Below, piece by piece: positions 20,194 through 29,932 of a stretch of 64,000 nucleotides of DNA (position 1 is the first letter of the stretch; each line of letters begins with the position of its first letter). Under the pieces are notes generated by a model. The model made no database searches. It worked only from the letters and a program-made list of their open reading frames with translations, and was not told the DNA's origin. This DNA comes from Fibrobacterales bacterium (GTDB lineage Bacteria > Fibrobacterota > Fibrobacteria > Fibrobacterales > JAOPTW01): contig JAOPTW010000013.1 in assembly GCA_051532035.1 (NCBI GenBank), positions 192,001-256,000 on the forward strand, given 5' to 3'. A program made the translations under genes and the position numbers.

Positions 20194-20258
20194 AGGAGTG
20201 TAGAAGAAAAGTAAAAATTTTTGAGGGGAATCAAGATTCCTTACTTGACTACAGGGGC
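20194..20258 (+). repeat. Intergenic module C, degenerate
   Basis: aggagtg.aagaaaagtaaaa-22nt(ttgaggggaatcaa)-ccttacttgacta.caggggc. Confidence 0.75.
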
Positions 20259-20271
20259 CTTCTTAACAAAT

Positions 20272-20339
20272 ACCCCATGAGGATCATTCCTCATGGGGCA
20301 GTATCAAAAAAAGGAGATCCCATTCAGGATCTCCTTTTT
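20272..20339. terminator. Two adjacent hairpins; the second is a rho-independent terminator for the F5/8 gene
   Basis: ccccatgagga..tcctcatgggg; aaaaaggagatcc..ggatctccttttt. Confidence 0.75.
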
Positions 20340-20376
20340 GTACTTCGTATTTTTAATCTAAAGACAAGAACAGGAT

Positions 20377-21078
20377 TTATTCAAGCAATTGTGATCCTGA
20401 ACCAAGACTAACCCAACCATATATATGTCCACCATGACCGTCATGAGCTTTTACACATGCAGAGATAACAGTAGTCTGAGTGTAGTGTCCATTAGTTTCT
20501 GCGATAATGCTACCAATATTGTCATAAGTACAATCAGGTTTTGGTACTCCACCCCAGTCGCTATAATTTCTAAGGTCAAGTGATTTTGCTTTAACATGCA
20601 TATCGTTATCTGTAAACACTTCTACTTCAAACAAAGAAAAACCATATGTTGTCTTTCTTGTATCTAATACGATTTTTACATAACGGTGGTTTGAAAAGTC
20701 TGCAACAATTTCTTGGATACCAGCGTTATCATTGCTATAAGATCGTGATCTACGATTACCATCCCAATCAATGCCATCATTAGATACCTGTATTTTAAAC
20801 GCGGTTGCAAAAGCAGCTTCCCAGTTCAATGTGATTTTGTCGATGTACTTACGCGAACCAAGATCAATGATTATTTCTTGGTTATCTAAAAATTCAGATG
20901 CCCAACGAGTACCAGTATTTCCATCAACAAGATTAGATGCAGGATATTCCCATGATTCAGTTGTTGACGCTGTAACTGTTGCTCCCTGAGAAACAAGTTC
21001 GTAGTCTGCTGCTGTTGCAAAAGATGCTGTTACGGCAAGTGTGAGTAATGATGCTTTAATAATGTGTCCCAATTTCAT
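20377..21078 (-). CDS. Secreted discoidin/F5-8 type C (CBM32-like) protein
   Basis: Signal peptide; NLVDGNTGTRWAS..IDLG..LNWEAAFA..YGFSLFEVEV. Confidence 0.9.
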   Translation of the reverse strand: MKLGHIIKASLLTLAVTASFATAADYELVSQGATVTASTTESWEYPASNLVDGNTGTRWASEFLDNQEIIIDLGSRKYIDKITLNWEAAFATAFKIQVSNDGIDWDGNRRSRSYSNDNAGIQEIVADFSNHRYVKIVLDTRKTTYGFSLFEVEVFTDNDMHVKAKSLDLRNYSDWGGVPKPDCTYDNIGSIIAETNGHYTQTTVISACVKAHDGHGGHIYGWVSLGSGSQLLE

Positions 21079-21187
21079 TGGATTCTCCTTTGTAGTGTGT
21101 CATTTAATATTTGTGTGTGTGCTACAGAAACAAAGGTAGTTCATGATTTTTGTGCTGAAAGAGGTGAACGCCCATTGCACTAAAACA

Positions 21188-21220
21188 GCGTACTCAAAGC
21201 GTACTCAAAGCTTACTTTAA
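21188..21220. promoter_or_regulatory. Tandem 11-bp direct repeat GCGTACTCAAA, candidate regulator site
   Basis: Two perfect copies plus one degenerate; similar pair at 40128..40149. Confidence 0.5.
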
Positions 21221-21601
21221 GTGCATTTAAAGGTTCACTCATCCTCACCCATCTCACCGAATAAGCTATAGAGCCATCCAAGTCCCTCAGATTATAGGGC
21301 ACCCCAACAAAAAAGCACCCATCCCAAAGGACAGGTGCTTAACATCAATAAAAGTGACTAACCGGATAACCCTTACGAACAAAACCACTCGACCTCTTAC
21401 CAAGAAGGAGGATGGTATTCTGTTTTATAAATAATATCAAAATATTTAATACCTTCAGGTACTCGTATAAAATCTGTATAATTGTCTTTTCTTGGATATT
21501 TGTGCATATCATCTGAATGAGGCATAGTACCAGGCGTATATGACTAATATAAGTATCGAAAAGATTACCATTATTGACTTATTAGAAATGTGTAAGAAAG
21601 G

Positions 21602-21830
21602 CGCTCACAATTTGGGAGCGGAAACAACGCAAATAGAGGTAACCCCATATAGAGCGTTAGAGGTGAAACCTATTGTTATAAGAAGAGATATATACCTAAG
21701 AAGTTCATCATGAACAAGCCACTCTATCAAGCCTTTGCCTATCCAACCATTTTCATTGGCTTTTAATTTTTATGATGACGGGATGCCTCTTCGATTAGAA
21801 TCGGCAATAAGTTATGAGTCGGCTGATGAA
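21602..21830 (+). pseudogene. Decayed, internally deleted duplicate of the promoter and 5' end of the VWA lipoprotein gene
   Basis: Aligns to 23217..23410 and then jumps to about 23721..23755. Confidence 0.85.
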
Positions 21831-21916
21831 ATTGTCGGTATATCTACTATTGGTTTCTATTGTATTATTTAGCCACTTAGCCAAGGCGGCACATCAGGTT
21901 TCACGTTAGTCAAACA

Positions 21917-23071
21917 CTAATAATAGGGCGTCGCCCAAATGTCACCTTCAGGAATATTCCTTTTTACCTGCATTAAATAACGCTTGGTCACTTTGCCTTT
22001 ATGCCAATATTTATCATACACCATTCCGAGTCCTTTTTTATATAGGATATCTGCTATTCCTCCATCGTCATCTCTTCTTTGGATGTACAATAAATCGGTA
22101 TAATCACAAAAATATGAACTGAATGTTTCATCAGTAGCTTTAACCAGGTATTCACTTTCGTTATAGTCCCAGGACTTACCTTTAGCCATAGAATCTATGA
22201 GCACAAGGTCGCCATAAAGCATCAGTGAATCATTAGAATATGACAATCCTAGACCTCTATTTTTTAGGTAAATATACGCAGTACAATCTGTTACTGAATT
22301 ACAGTCAGTCCCTTCAATGTAGTTAAACGTGCCATCACTGAAGATATATTGAGTTTCCTCTACTATAGGAAAATAGCTGGTGTTTCCATCAAAACCTTCA
22401 CAAACCAGACTATCTACCCAGTTATCTTTATCCACATCAATTTCAAAGGTTAAGTAGCTTGCATCAAAATATGGCTCCGCTTCAATTATGGTATATGAAG
22501 CACTTTCAGATATTGAAAATGCATTTGGTACGCTCAAACTTATAGCTTCTTCCTTGAAGGTAAAAACATAGTGTGGAGCAAGACTTATACGATCTCCCCA
22601 ATTGAGAAAAATGCTATCCTGAGGGATTTCTGATACATCGGTCAAATAATTCATCACACATTTGAGGCGGTTAGTATCTTCTTTTTCACATGATCCTTTT
22701 AAGATAGAGAATGATCCACTCCCCCCGCCTCCTGCTGTACTAAGCCCGGAAAACTCATATACTATAGAATCATTGGGGAATAAAAATATCGTGCTCTTAT
22801 CGTTTGTACCACTCAGTTCTGATGTATAGGTGCCATCAGCATCAATCCACTTCCCCACCAAATGGGTAAAATAATCGGGTTTATCAGGTGTAGATGATGA
22901 AGGTTCTGCAGTTGCCGCAACAGAACTGCTTTCAACTGACTGCAGAGACGATAGAGAACTGCTACTTGATATACTGTTCTGACCGGCTGCAGCCACTGTA
23001 TTAGCTGTATTTTCAGAACATGCTGTTATTGCAATGGTTAAACATGATATTATTCCCAATACTATCTTCAT
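21917..23071 (-). CDS. Hypothetical lipoprotein with Ser-rich linker
   Basis: MKIVLG..ITAC lipobox; ATG 23071 preferred. Confidence 0.8.
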   Translation of the reverse strand: MKIVLGIISCLTIAITACSENTANTVAAAGQNSISSSSSLSSLQSVESSSVAATAEPSSSTPDKPDYFTHLVGKWIDADGTYTSELSGTNDKSTIFLFPNDSIVYEFSGLSTAGGGGSGSFSILKGSCEKEDTNRLKCVMNYLTDVSEIPQDSIFLNWGDRISLAPHYVFTFKEEAISLSVPNAFSISESASYTIIEAEPYFDASYLTFEIDVDKDNWVDSLVCEGFDGNTSYFPIVEETQYIFSDGTFNYIEGTDCNSVTDCTAYIYLKNRGLGLSYSNDSLMLYGDLVLIDSMAKGKSWDYNESEYLVKATDETFSSYFCDYTDLLYIQRRDDDGGIADILYKKGLGMVYDKYWHKGKVTKRYLMQVKRNIPEGDIWATPYY

Positions 23072-23214
23072 ACTGCCCTCTGACTTTGGTAAAGACAAAA
23101 ATGTAGTTTATAATTGATTTATTACAAGAATTGAAAATATACCACCGGTTAAGATCCCTTTGTTGCAAGACAAGATATCCGATGTATGATTAATATCAAA
23201 CAGCTCTATCGCTG

Positions 23215-23237
23215 TCCGCTCACAAATTGTGAGCGGA
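23215..23237. promoter_or_regulatory. Perfect palindrome TCCGCTCACAA-A-TTGTGAGCGGA, candidate operator
   Basis: Between divergent genes; variants at 21602..21620 and 27726..27756. Confidence 0.6.
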
Positions 23238-23324
23238 AACAACGAAAATAGATGTAAACCCATATATACCACTTCAGGAGAAACCTATTTTTATAGGAAG
23301 AGATATATACCTAAGAGGTTCATC

Positions 23325-24965
23325 ATGAACAAGCCACTCTATCAAGCCATTGCCTATCAAACTATTTTCATTGCGCTCTTATTTTTTATGATGACGGGCT
23401 GCCTCTTCGACACCGAAGAAACCTCACCTTCTGTTGGCGCAACCTCTTCTGATGCATCTTCCAGTACAGAAGAGCTCCTTTCCAGTGAAGCTCTATCGAC
23501 CCCTAAAACGGTACTATTCTTGCAAACAGAGCATTCAGATACCGTACCAAGGGCACTCCCTGAGATTACCTCAAAAGAATATACTGCTATTGAAACGTCC
23601 AACCCAACAAGCGTCATGGATACGGTCGATAGTGAAACCGGCGCTTTTATAACACACTCTGCACACGGCCTCAACAATGATGGCACCATTCGAAGTACCG
23701 ATGAGTTGTATGATAAATCATTAGAATCGGAAGTTAGTTATGAGTCGACAGATGGTTCTGGTACTACCAGCGGTCCTGCCGATGGCCCACCCTCTGGCGG
23801 TGGCGATGGTGCAGGAACAGGGGCTGGTGCTGGCGGTAGTGCTGGAGTTGCTGTTGATGATGCGTATTATGATTATGATAGTGATGAAATTATCATTGAA
23901 GAGGACCTATCAAATACCCAAGCTACAGCACGACAATTAACTGCCGCAGAATGGTATGATCACGCCCATTGGTCTGAATTTAGAACGTTTCTCTATACCT
24001 ACCCTGAGTACTATGAAGAATGGGGGCTCAATGTTCAAAAAAGGGTCATTATTACCCTGAAAGATAGCGTAGGGGTAAATATCCCCGATGCACGAATTGT
24101 CATTAAAAAGGGAGATAACACCGTTTTTAAAGGGCGCTCAACTGCTAATGGTACCGTTGTATTCTTCCCTCTTGTTGATGAACAAGAAGAGATCACCTAT
24201 GACGTATCTATTTTTAGAGAGAATGATTTTTTTACTACTACATTTATGGCCACTGATGATGATGACCAGCTTTGGGTTACAACACTTCCCGTTGTGCAAG
24301 AGGTGTCAACACCGGCGGTTGACATTGTGTTTACTATAGATGTTACCGGAAGTATGGGTGATGAACTCAATTACCTTAAAGAAGAACTCCTTGATATTAC
24401 CGAAAAAATTATGGATGAACAGATTGCTGGTATTCGCCTCGGGCTCATTTTTTATAAAGACCGCTCTGACGATTTCATAACCAAAGGCTGGGACCTTACC
24501 GACGACCTCCAAACAGTACAGGCCAATATGGAAACAATGCAAGCGGGTGGTGGCGGCGACTTCCCTGAGTCGGTAAACCAAGCGCTCAAAGAGTCTATGC
24601 AAGCTATGGACTGGAAAGAGAGTGCTGCAATTCGCCTCAACTTTCTTATTGCCGACGCGCCTCCAAATAGTTATGACGATGAGCAGTATACCTATATTGA
24701 TGCCACCCGTGAAGCAACCGAAAAAGGAGTTAAAATCATAACGGTAGCAGCAAGTGGCATAGACCGAACCACTGAATACCTCTTCCGCTCAATTGCCGTT
24801 GCCACAATGGGTAAGTACATATACTTAACCGATCACTCAGGCATTGGTGGTGGTCACCTCGAAGCAGAAGTGAGTGAAATGAAGGTTGAAACCTTAAACG
24901 AAATACTCACACGTACTATTAAAGAGGAGATCGCTCTTTGGCCAGGACTCGCCCCTGTGCAATAA
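23325..24965 (+). CDS. VWA-domain lipoprotein with carboxypeptidase-regulatory-like domain
   Basis: Lipobox MTGC; MIDAS DVTGSMG, GGGDFPE, IADAPP; ATG 23325 with GAGG RBS. Confidence 0.88.
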   Translation: MNKPLYQAIAYQTIFIALLFFMMTGCLFDTEETSPSVGATSSDASSSTEELLSSEALSTPKTVLFLQTEHSDTVPRALPEITSKEYTAIETSNPTSVMDTVDSETGAFITHSAHGLNNDGTIRSTDELYDKSLESEVSYESTDGSGTTSGPADGPPSGGGDGAGTGAGAGGSAGVAVDDAYYDYDSDEIIIEEDLSNTQATARQLTAAEWYDHAHWSEFRTFLYTYPEYYEEWGLNVQKRVIITLKDSVGVNIPDARIVIKKGDNTVFKGRSTANGTVVFFPLVDEQEEITYDVSIFRENDFFTTTFMATDDDDQLWVTTLPVVQEVSTPAVDIVFTIDVTGSMGDELNYLKEELLDITEKIMDEQIAGIRLGLIFYKDRSDDFITKGWDLTDDLQTVQANMETMQAGGGGDFPESVNQALKESMQAMDWKESAAIRLNFLIADAPPNSYDDEQYTYIDATREATEKGVKIITVAASGIDRTTEYLFRSIAVATMGKYIYLTDHSGIGGGHLEAEVSEMKVETLNEILTRTIKEEIALWPGLAPVQ

Positions 24966-25081
24966 CACCTTTCTTAGTAACTCCCTCTACCAATGTGTTG
25001 CCACATTTTGAGCAGGCCTCTTCGATAGAGGCTGTAACCAATAATACTCTTAGGAGTGTCCCTATTCTAATCGCTGACTAC

Positions 25082-27004
25082 TTATTGCTCGATAAATTGA
25101 ACCCAATCAGTATTAAAATCTTTACCAACAAACTGAAACTTCACTGTCCCCGTGCCTGCTTTTAAGCTAAAAGTACCCGTAGAAAGAAGGGTCCATTTTT
25201 CCCACCCTCCCGTAGTCTTTTGCGTAAATATCTTATCCACGAAGGTCGGTGATTGTTTATTCCACAGAAATTGAAATTCATTGATAGTATTTGAAAGGGC
25301 ATCGGCATAGCGAATTTTCATTTTGTAGTTCCCTGCTTTTAACGTAACGGTATCGAAGAAGAGTTTTTCATTACTATTACTCAACCCACCCGCATACTTG
25401 TATCCAGTACCCTTAAAGGTGATACGCTCATTTCTCGTTGCATGTTCTAATTCAAAGTGATACAGACCCTTACTTGGTACAGACTCATTTCCCACGGCAT
25501 CATACGCTGTCACCTGTATTCTGCCCGATTTAAATAAAGAAGTCTTAATATCAAAATACGTTTGAGCTGTTTTGGCAAATACCGACCCATTCTTATAGAT
25601 TTTGTAGCCGACCACCTTTTGGTTGTCAGTTGAAGCAGTCCAACTGAGTCTAAACGATGTATTTGCCGTCGTACCCTGACTTGTTTTGAGTGTAAGAGGT
25701 TTTGTTGGTGGTGAGATATCACCGATATATACTGGAGTAATAACCACATTTCCCCCAGTAATGCTCACAGTAGTCGATTTCGCATCAAATTTGCCAAAGA
25801 CCACCACCCCCGCTCCACTCACTTTTTTCCATTTTTTGAACGTGAAGCCAGACTCTAAGGAGACGGATATATTTTCTGCTTTGCCCGTTTCAACCACCCG
25901 TGTAGATGCTCCAATAAGAGTGCCACCTCTGGCTGTATTTATCACAAGCGTATAAGTAACGCTCATTTCACTTGAGCTTACCGCTTCTGAGCTCGAAACA
26001 ACGACGGCGCTACTTGGACTGACAGACTCTGAACTTGAAACAACAACAGCGCTACTTGGACTGACAGACTCAGAACTTGAAACAACAACAGCGCTACTTG
26101 AACTGACAGACTCAGAACTTGAAACAACGACAGCACTACTAGAGCTAACGGGCTCTGAACTTGAAACAACGACGACACTACTGGAACTGATAGGCTCTGA
26201 GCTCGAAATAACGATAGCACTGCTTGACGAGATAGACTCAGAACTTAAAATTACGACGGTACTGCTCACACCTTCGGTTACTGAACTCGAAACAATAACG
26301 ACAGCACTTGAACTGATAGAAGAGGTACTTGAACCTACTGACGTTGAGATCGATAGTGTTGATGTACTCAACGATGATGACGATATGGGTGGCATAGGTA
26401 CAGAGCTACTCATTCCTACTGCCAAATTACTGCTCTCCCTGGAATTTGATGATACAACAGCTCCTACGGCACCGATGCTACTCGAAGAGGACCCGCCTGT
26501 ATTAAGAGCCTGATCATAACTACTATAGGTAAACTCTATTATTCCTTCAGTTGACTCACTCACTACCCTATTTGCACCAAGCACTCTGCTTTTTGCTTTT
26601 TTAACTTCGAGATCAGCAGCGTCAATTAATTCTTGGGTCGCACCGCTCTCTACAATACGGATTAATTCTAATTCCATTACTGCTACATTTTTAACTTCTT
26701 TATCGACAAACAATTGTGCCGTTTCTTGTAACTGAATTTTTTGTTCTTCAATGGTTTGTTCAAGTATGAGTCGTTCCTCAGCTGATATACTGCTATTGCT
26801 TTGGTGCTCCGCTTCTAATGATAGAATTGATTCTCTCAACTCGCGAAGAGACGATTCAGTAATGGGTATGTTTTGGATTGCTGAACTAGCATCGCCTCCA
26901 AAATCACTCGCATCTATTGGTTCAATGCCTGCTGAGCACCCAATAATCCAAGTGACTATTCCCAGCCAAAGGCCTACCTTAGTTACAATAGTAGTATACT
27001 TCAT
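25082..27004 (-). CDS. Lipoprotein: helical N-domain, Ser-rich repeats, InlB-B-like repeat, FN3, C-terminal CBM6/35-like module
   Basis: IIGC lipobox; GFTFKKW; SWTASTDN..V.GYKIY..AYDAVGNES; TTGGWEKW..FNTDWVQF. Confidence 0.8.
   Translation of the reverse strand: MKYTTIVTKVGLWLGIVTWIIGCSAGIEPIDASDFGGDASSAIQNIPITESSLRELRESILSLEAEHQSNSSISAEERLILEQTIEEQKIQLQETAQLFVDKEVKNVAVMELELIRIVESGATQELIDAADLEVKKAKSRVLGANRVVSESTEGIIEFTYSSYDQALNTGGSSSSSIGAVGAVVSSNSRESSNLAVGMSSSVPMPPISSSSLSTSTLSISTSVGSSTSSISSSAVVIVSSSVTEGVSSTVVILSSESISSSSAIVISSSEPISSSSVVVVSSSEPVSSSSAVVVSSSESVSSSSAVVVSSSESVSPSSAVVVSSSESVSPSSAVVVSSSEAVSSSEMSVTYTLVINTARGGTLIGASTRVVETGKAENISVSLESGFTFKKWKKVSGAGVVVFGKFDAKSTTVSITGGNVVITPVYIGDISPPTKPLTLKTSQGTTANTSFRLSWTASTDNQKVVGYKIYKNGSVFAKTAQTYFDIKTSLFKSGRIQVTAYDAVGNESVPSKGLYHFELEHATRNERITFKGTGYKYAGGLSNSNEKLFFDTVTLKAGNYKMKIRYADALSNTINEFQFLWNKQSPTFVDKIFTQKTTGGWEKWTLLSTGTFSLKAGTGTVKFQFVGKDFNTDWVQFIEQ
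25975..26270 (-). repeat. Intragenic 42-bp tandem repeat (SSSSAVVVSSSESV), about 7 copies
   Basis: gaaacaac recurs at 25995, 26037, 26079, 26121, 26163. Confidence 0.9.
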
Positions 27005-27230
27005 ACTTGCTCCCCCTACCATTCACAATCCATATATAATGGAGGGTGTTTATGATACATGCGTAATGTGATAGATACCAATATATAACTTCTGCTACCA
27101 TTCCGCTGTGGAGTCCGGTTCTATTAATAACTATTTACAAACGCGAATGGTTTGAGTACAAATAAGAAGGCAATTGCGGTGTAATAAAGGACGTATCCAC
27201 TCATAACTCATTCTCTATAGTGTGAAACGT

Positions 27231-27638
27231 TTATTCAATCAAGTTGATTATTTGTGTAATCTCAATAACATCAATAAATATGAGATTTGAATAATCATTA
27301 CATGCTTTATTGTTTGAATGATATGTGTTCGTGATACCGAACTTGTCTGAAATATCGATTTGGTATGAAACGGCATCTTCTTGACATGACAATTCTGAAG
27401 TAGTAGTAGAAACGGAAGTTAATATATCTTTAATCTCCACAGGCAATGATTGAGAAGTATATTCAAATTTAGAATATCGTTCTTCGGTGGTAGGCGTGTA
27501 ACCGTTAAACCTTGTGATGATAAGAGACGTACTTTGAGTTGACCATATTAAATTGTGGTCTGTAGCATCGGAATCGTTTCCCGTAGTGCAGCCGATCAAA
27601 ACAAAAAATATTGATATTGTCAAAAATCTACATAGCAT
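27231..27638 (-). CDS. Hypothetical lipoprotein
   Basis: Lipobox LIGC; Cys pair; RBS AAGGT. Confidence 0.75.
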   Translation of the reverse strand: MLCRFLTISIFFVLIGCTTGNDSDATDHNLIWSTQSTSLIITRFNGYTPTTEERYSKFEYTSQSLPVEIKDILTSVSTTTSELSCQEDAVSYQIDISDKFGITNTYHSNNKACNDYSNLIFIDVIEITQIINLIE

Positions 27639-27919
27639 AAGTTTTACCTTTTAAGTTAACAATGGTAATCAAATATATGATTATAGCTTAATTAGATCAA
27701 TAATAGGCATATAAGGAGTGGGGTTTCCGTTCTCAAATTGTGAGCAGATGACAATTCTAAGTTGCGTATAACAGTTTAATTGAGCGGAAAATTCAGATTA
27801 GAATTCTTCAAATTAATTAAATTTTATTTACCCATTTTTCAAACGGTTCAAAGTGGCTCCATCAAATGACAATCCAAGAGTATTGAGATCATCCAAAGGT
27901 ACCCGCATAGGGCTGTCTA

Positions 27920-28399
27920 TTGTATCTCCCCTATTTAGTACTCATGATCGCACTCGGAATACGAGCCTCTTTAGAATACCACATACTTGAATGGCAAAAC
28001 GTATGGGTACCCTTTTCCCTCAGTTCCCTGGTAATTGTGGGATGTATCGTCTACTCTTTTAAAGAGATCCATAGAAAATGGCTTCAAATTGCCTCCATAG
28101 TACTCGTATCTTGTTTTTATGGCTTTGGTGCCACAATTATATTAAATGGCATACTAGATAGCTCCAAGGGCACTATTCAGTACGTACAGGTGGTTAACAA
28201 ATCGATATCAAAAGGTGCCGGTAAAGATCGTAGAACGACCTATCATCTAGATCTTGCCCCATGGGGTTCACGAACTGAAGTGGAAGACTTTTCAATATCT
28301 AAGTGGGTATATGATAAAGCCTATAAGGGTGGTTCAGTTATCATTTATATTAACGATGGCGGCCTTGGAATCAAATATTTTCATATTGAGAATCGTTGA
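27920..28399 (+). CDS. Membrane hypothetical protein, probably 5'-truncated
   Basis: 3 TM segments plus OB-like C-terminus; TTG start with no RBS. Confidence 0.55.
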   Translation: MYLPYLVLMIALGIRASLEYHILEWQNVWVPFSLSSLVIVGCIVYSFKEIHRKWLQIASIVLVSCFYGFGATIILNGILDSSKGTIQYVQVVNKSISKGAGKDRRTTYHLDLAPWGSRTEVEDFSISKWVYDKAYKGGSVIIYINDGGLGIKYFHIENR

Positions 28400-28480
28400 T
28401 AATTATCACTTAAATCAATAGCAAGACAGCATGTCATAACACGTCTCATTCCGTTGATTACTTGCCGCTCCAACGCTTTG

Positions 28481-28891
28481 CTAAGCCTGCTTTGGGGTAT
28501 CGTATCCCGAAATCTCCTTCACTATCCCTTTTATAAAAAACAACGGATAAATTAAAAGAAAAAGATTTGGAGTCCACCAGCTTAAATCAAAGTCGCCTCT
28601 TAATGCCCAAAATGAAATTGCTTGTATTCCAGAAGCAAAAGTTAATACTAAGGAAATAAGGGCGAGAGGTTTCCAGTGTAATGACTTGTTTTTCCAAAAA
28701 TATATGCTTAATAATCCCGTTATAGATATAAATAAGTCTAAAGGAAGAAATGACCAGTTCCAGGCAGATAAAATTTCATTATCATAATCCTTGAATAGGT
28801 ATTCGGGGGGAATCACATTCATAAGTGTAATAACCCAGTAGATTATAAAGCCTATATCTACAATTAAAAAAAAGGGTTTCAGAGTTTTCAT
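28481..28891 (-). CDS. DUF5360/YvaD-like membrane protein
   Basis: DIGFIIYW..YLFKDY..AWNWSFLPLD..WW.PNLFL; ATG 28891 with GGAG RBS. Confidence 0.75.
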   Translation of the reverse strand: MKTLKPFFLIVDIGFIIYWVITLMNVIPPEYLFKDYDNEILSAWNWSFLPLDLFISITGLLSIYFWKNKSLHWKPLALISLVLTFASGIQAISFWALRGDFDLSWWTPNLFLLIYPLFFIKGIVKEISGYDTPKQA

Positions 28892-29044
28892 AGGTGCCCT
28901 GCTCCAGTAGTTATGACCCAATAGGCAAAGGGCAGTTCCCTAAGCTTCTCACAAAACCATACATGATAGTCTCCCATCATACGGCTTTTCCTAGAGTTAA
29001 ATCATTATCCTGCAATATAGAAATCAAACCTGCCCGGGGTAGAG

Positions 29045-29093
29045 ATGAACCAATATCTTTTACTTGACTTGGAGGTACATAGAGATCTTAACC
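29045..29093 (+). repeat. Right half of module C
   Basis: ttttacttgactt (29058..29070) ggaggtacatagagatCTTAACC, next to the stop at 29095. Confidence 0.75.
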
Positions 29094-29094
29094 T

Positions 29095-29568
29095 TCATAG
29101 ATTACGCTTATTCAGTTGTTTCTTAATGTTTTTAAGTACTTGCTTAGAAAAAAGCCGGTGAACTGGTTTAATGAAGAACCATGATAATTTTTGAATTGTG
29201 GAATTGGAATGAGTAATCAAGTTCAGAAAAAGTATTGAACCTTGATCATGCTTCTTAATTTCGTAACCAGTTTCGCATGTAAACAATTTTGATTTGAGTG
29301 TAAAAAAATACATCGATGGCTTGTTGACTTCGGTAAATGTGAAAGGACCCATAGATTGGCCTATTATCAGTTTCCCGTTTTTCGAACCTTTCTTGAAAAC
29401 AACATCCCATGCAGTTCCTGCCCCATCGAGAATGAATAATCGTAAAAATAATAGCGGTTTTGAATCTAATATTGGGTGTAGAGGAAACTTGGTATAGGTG
29501 TGATCTATGTAATCAAATACATCATCAGGTTCCTGTTCAAGCAAAATGTGTATTGTATCGGTAATCAT
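29095..29568 (-). CDS. Hypothetical protein (possible SRPBCC-like fold)
   Basis: 157 aa ORF ending in FIKPVHRLFSKQVLKNIK. Confidence 0.65.
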   Translation of the reverse strand: MITDTIHILLEQEPDDVFDYIDHTYTKFPLHPILDSKPLLFLRLFILDGAGTAWDVVFKKGSKNGKLIIGQSMGPFTFTEVNKPSMYFFTLKSKLFTCETGYEIKKHDQGSILFLNLITHSNSTIQKLSWFFIKPVHRLFSKQVLKNIKKQLNKRNL

Positions 29569-29624
29569 AGAGTAGTGACTTAAATAATGTTAAAAGCTGA
29601 AACAATCTTTGTAGGCTCACTCAA

Positions 29625-29813
29625 ATTATAAAGAGAGTTGATTTATACCAAATAATCTAGCTAATTCCCACTGAACGAGTACCCTTCCCGAGCACTGATT
29701 GTTCAATCTGATTAAACTATCGCCAATCTCAATAGCGCCTCCTTCATAATACACATTATTGCGCATATGACTCGTATCCGTGATCAGGTCATAACACTCT
29801 TCCATGATACCGT
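29625..29813 (-). repeat. Intergenic modules A+B
   Basis: Close match to 16690..16902 with an internal deletion. Confidence 0.9.
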
Positions 29814-29869
29814 ATTGGAGATTAAGTGCTACAAAGGCATATGATTTGGGTAAACTGGTAATTATGGCG

Positions 29870-29903
29870 CAAAAAAGCCCTTACCAGAAAACTGGCAAGG
29901 GCG
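29870..29903 (-). terminator. Rho-independent terminator after the C25 peptidase gene
   Basis: gcccttgccag..ctggtaagggc followed by T-tract on the minus strand. Confidence 0.8.
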
Positions 29904-29932
29904 TATGTTATTCAGAGCTCAAGTATGAGATC

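Noticed and set aside
25975..26270. CRISPR-like periodic repeat
   Set aside because: 42-bp in-frame coding repeat with no unique spacers and no cas genes.
27736..27756. lac operator / vector contamination
   Set aside because: Two mismatches to lacO1, no flanking vector sequence, and related native palindromes occur at 21602 and 23215.
29626..29805. About 60-codon minus-strand ORF spanning modules B and A
   Set aside because: The frame is not preserved in the 16681 copy, so it is probably a chance product of a deletion.
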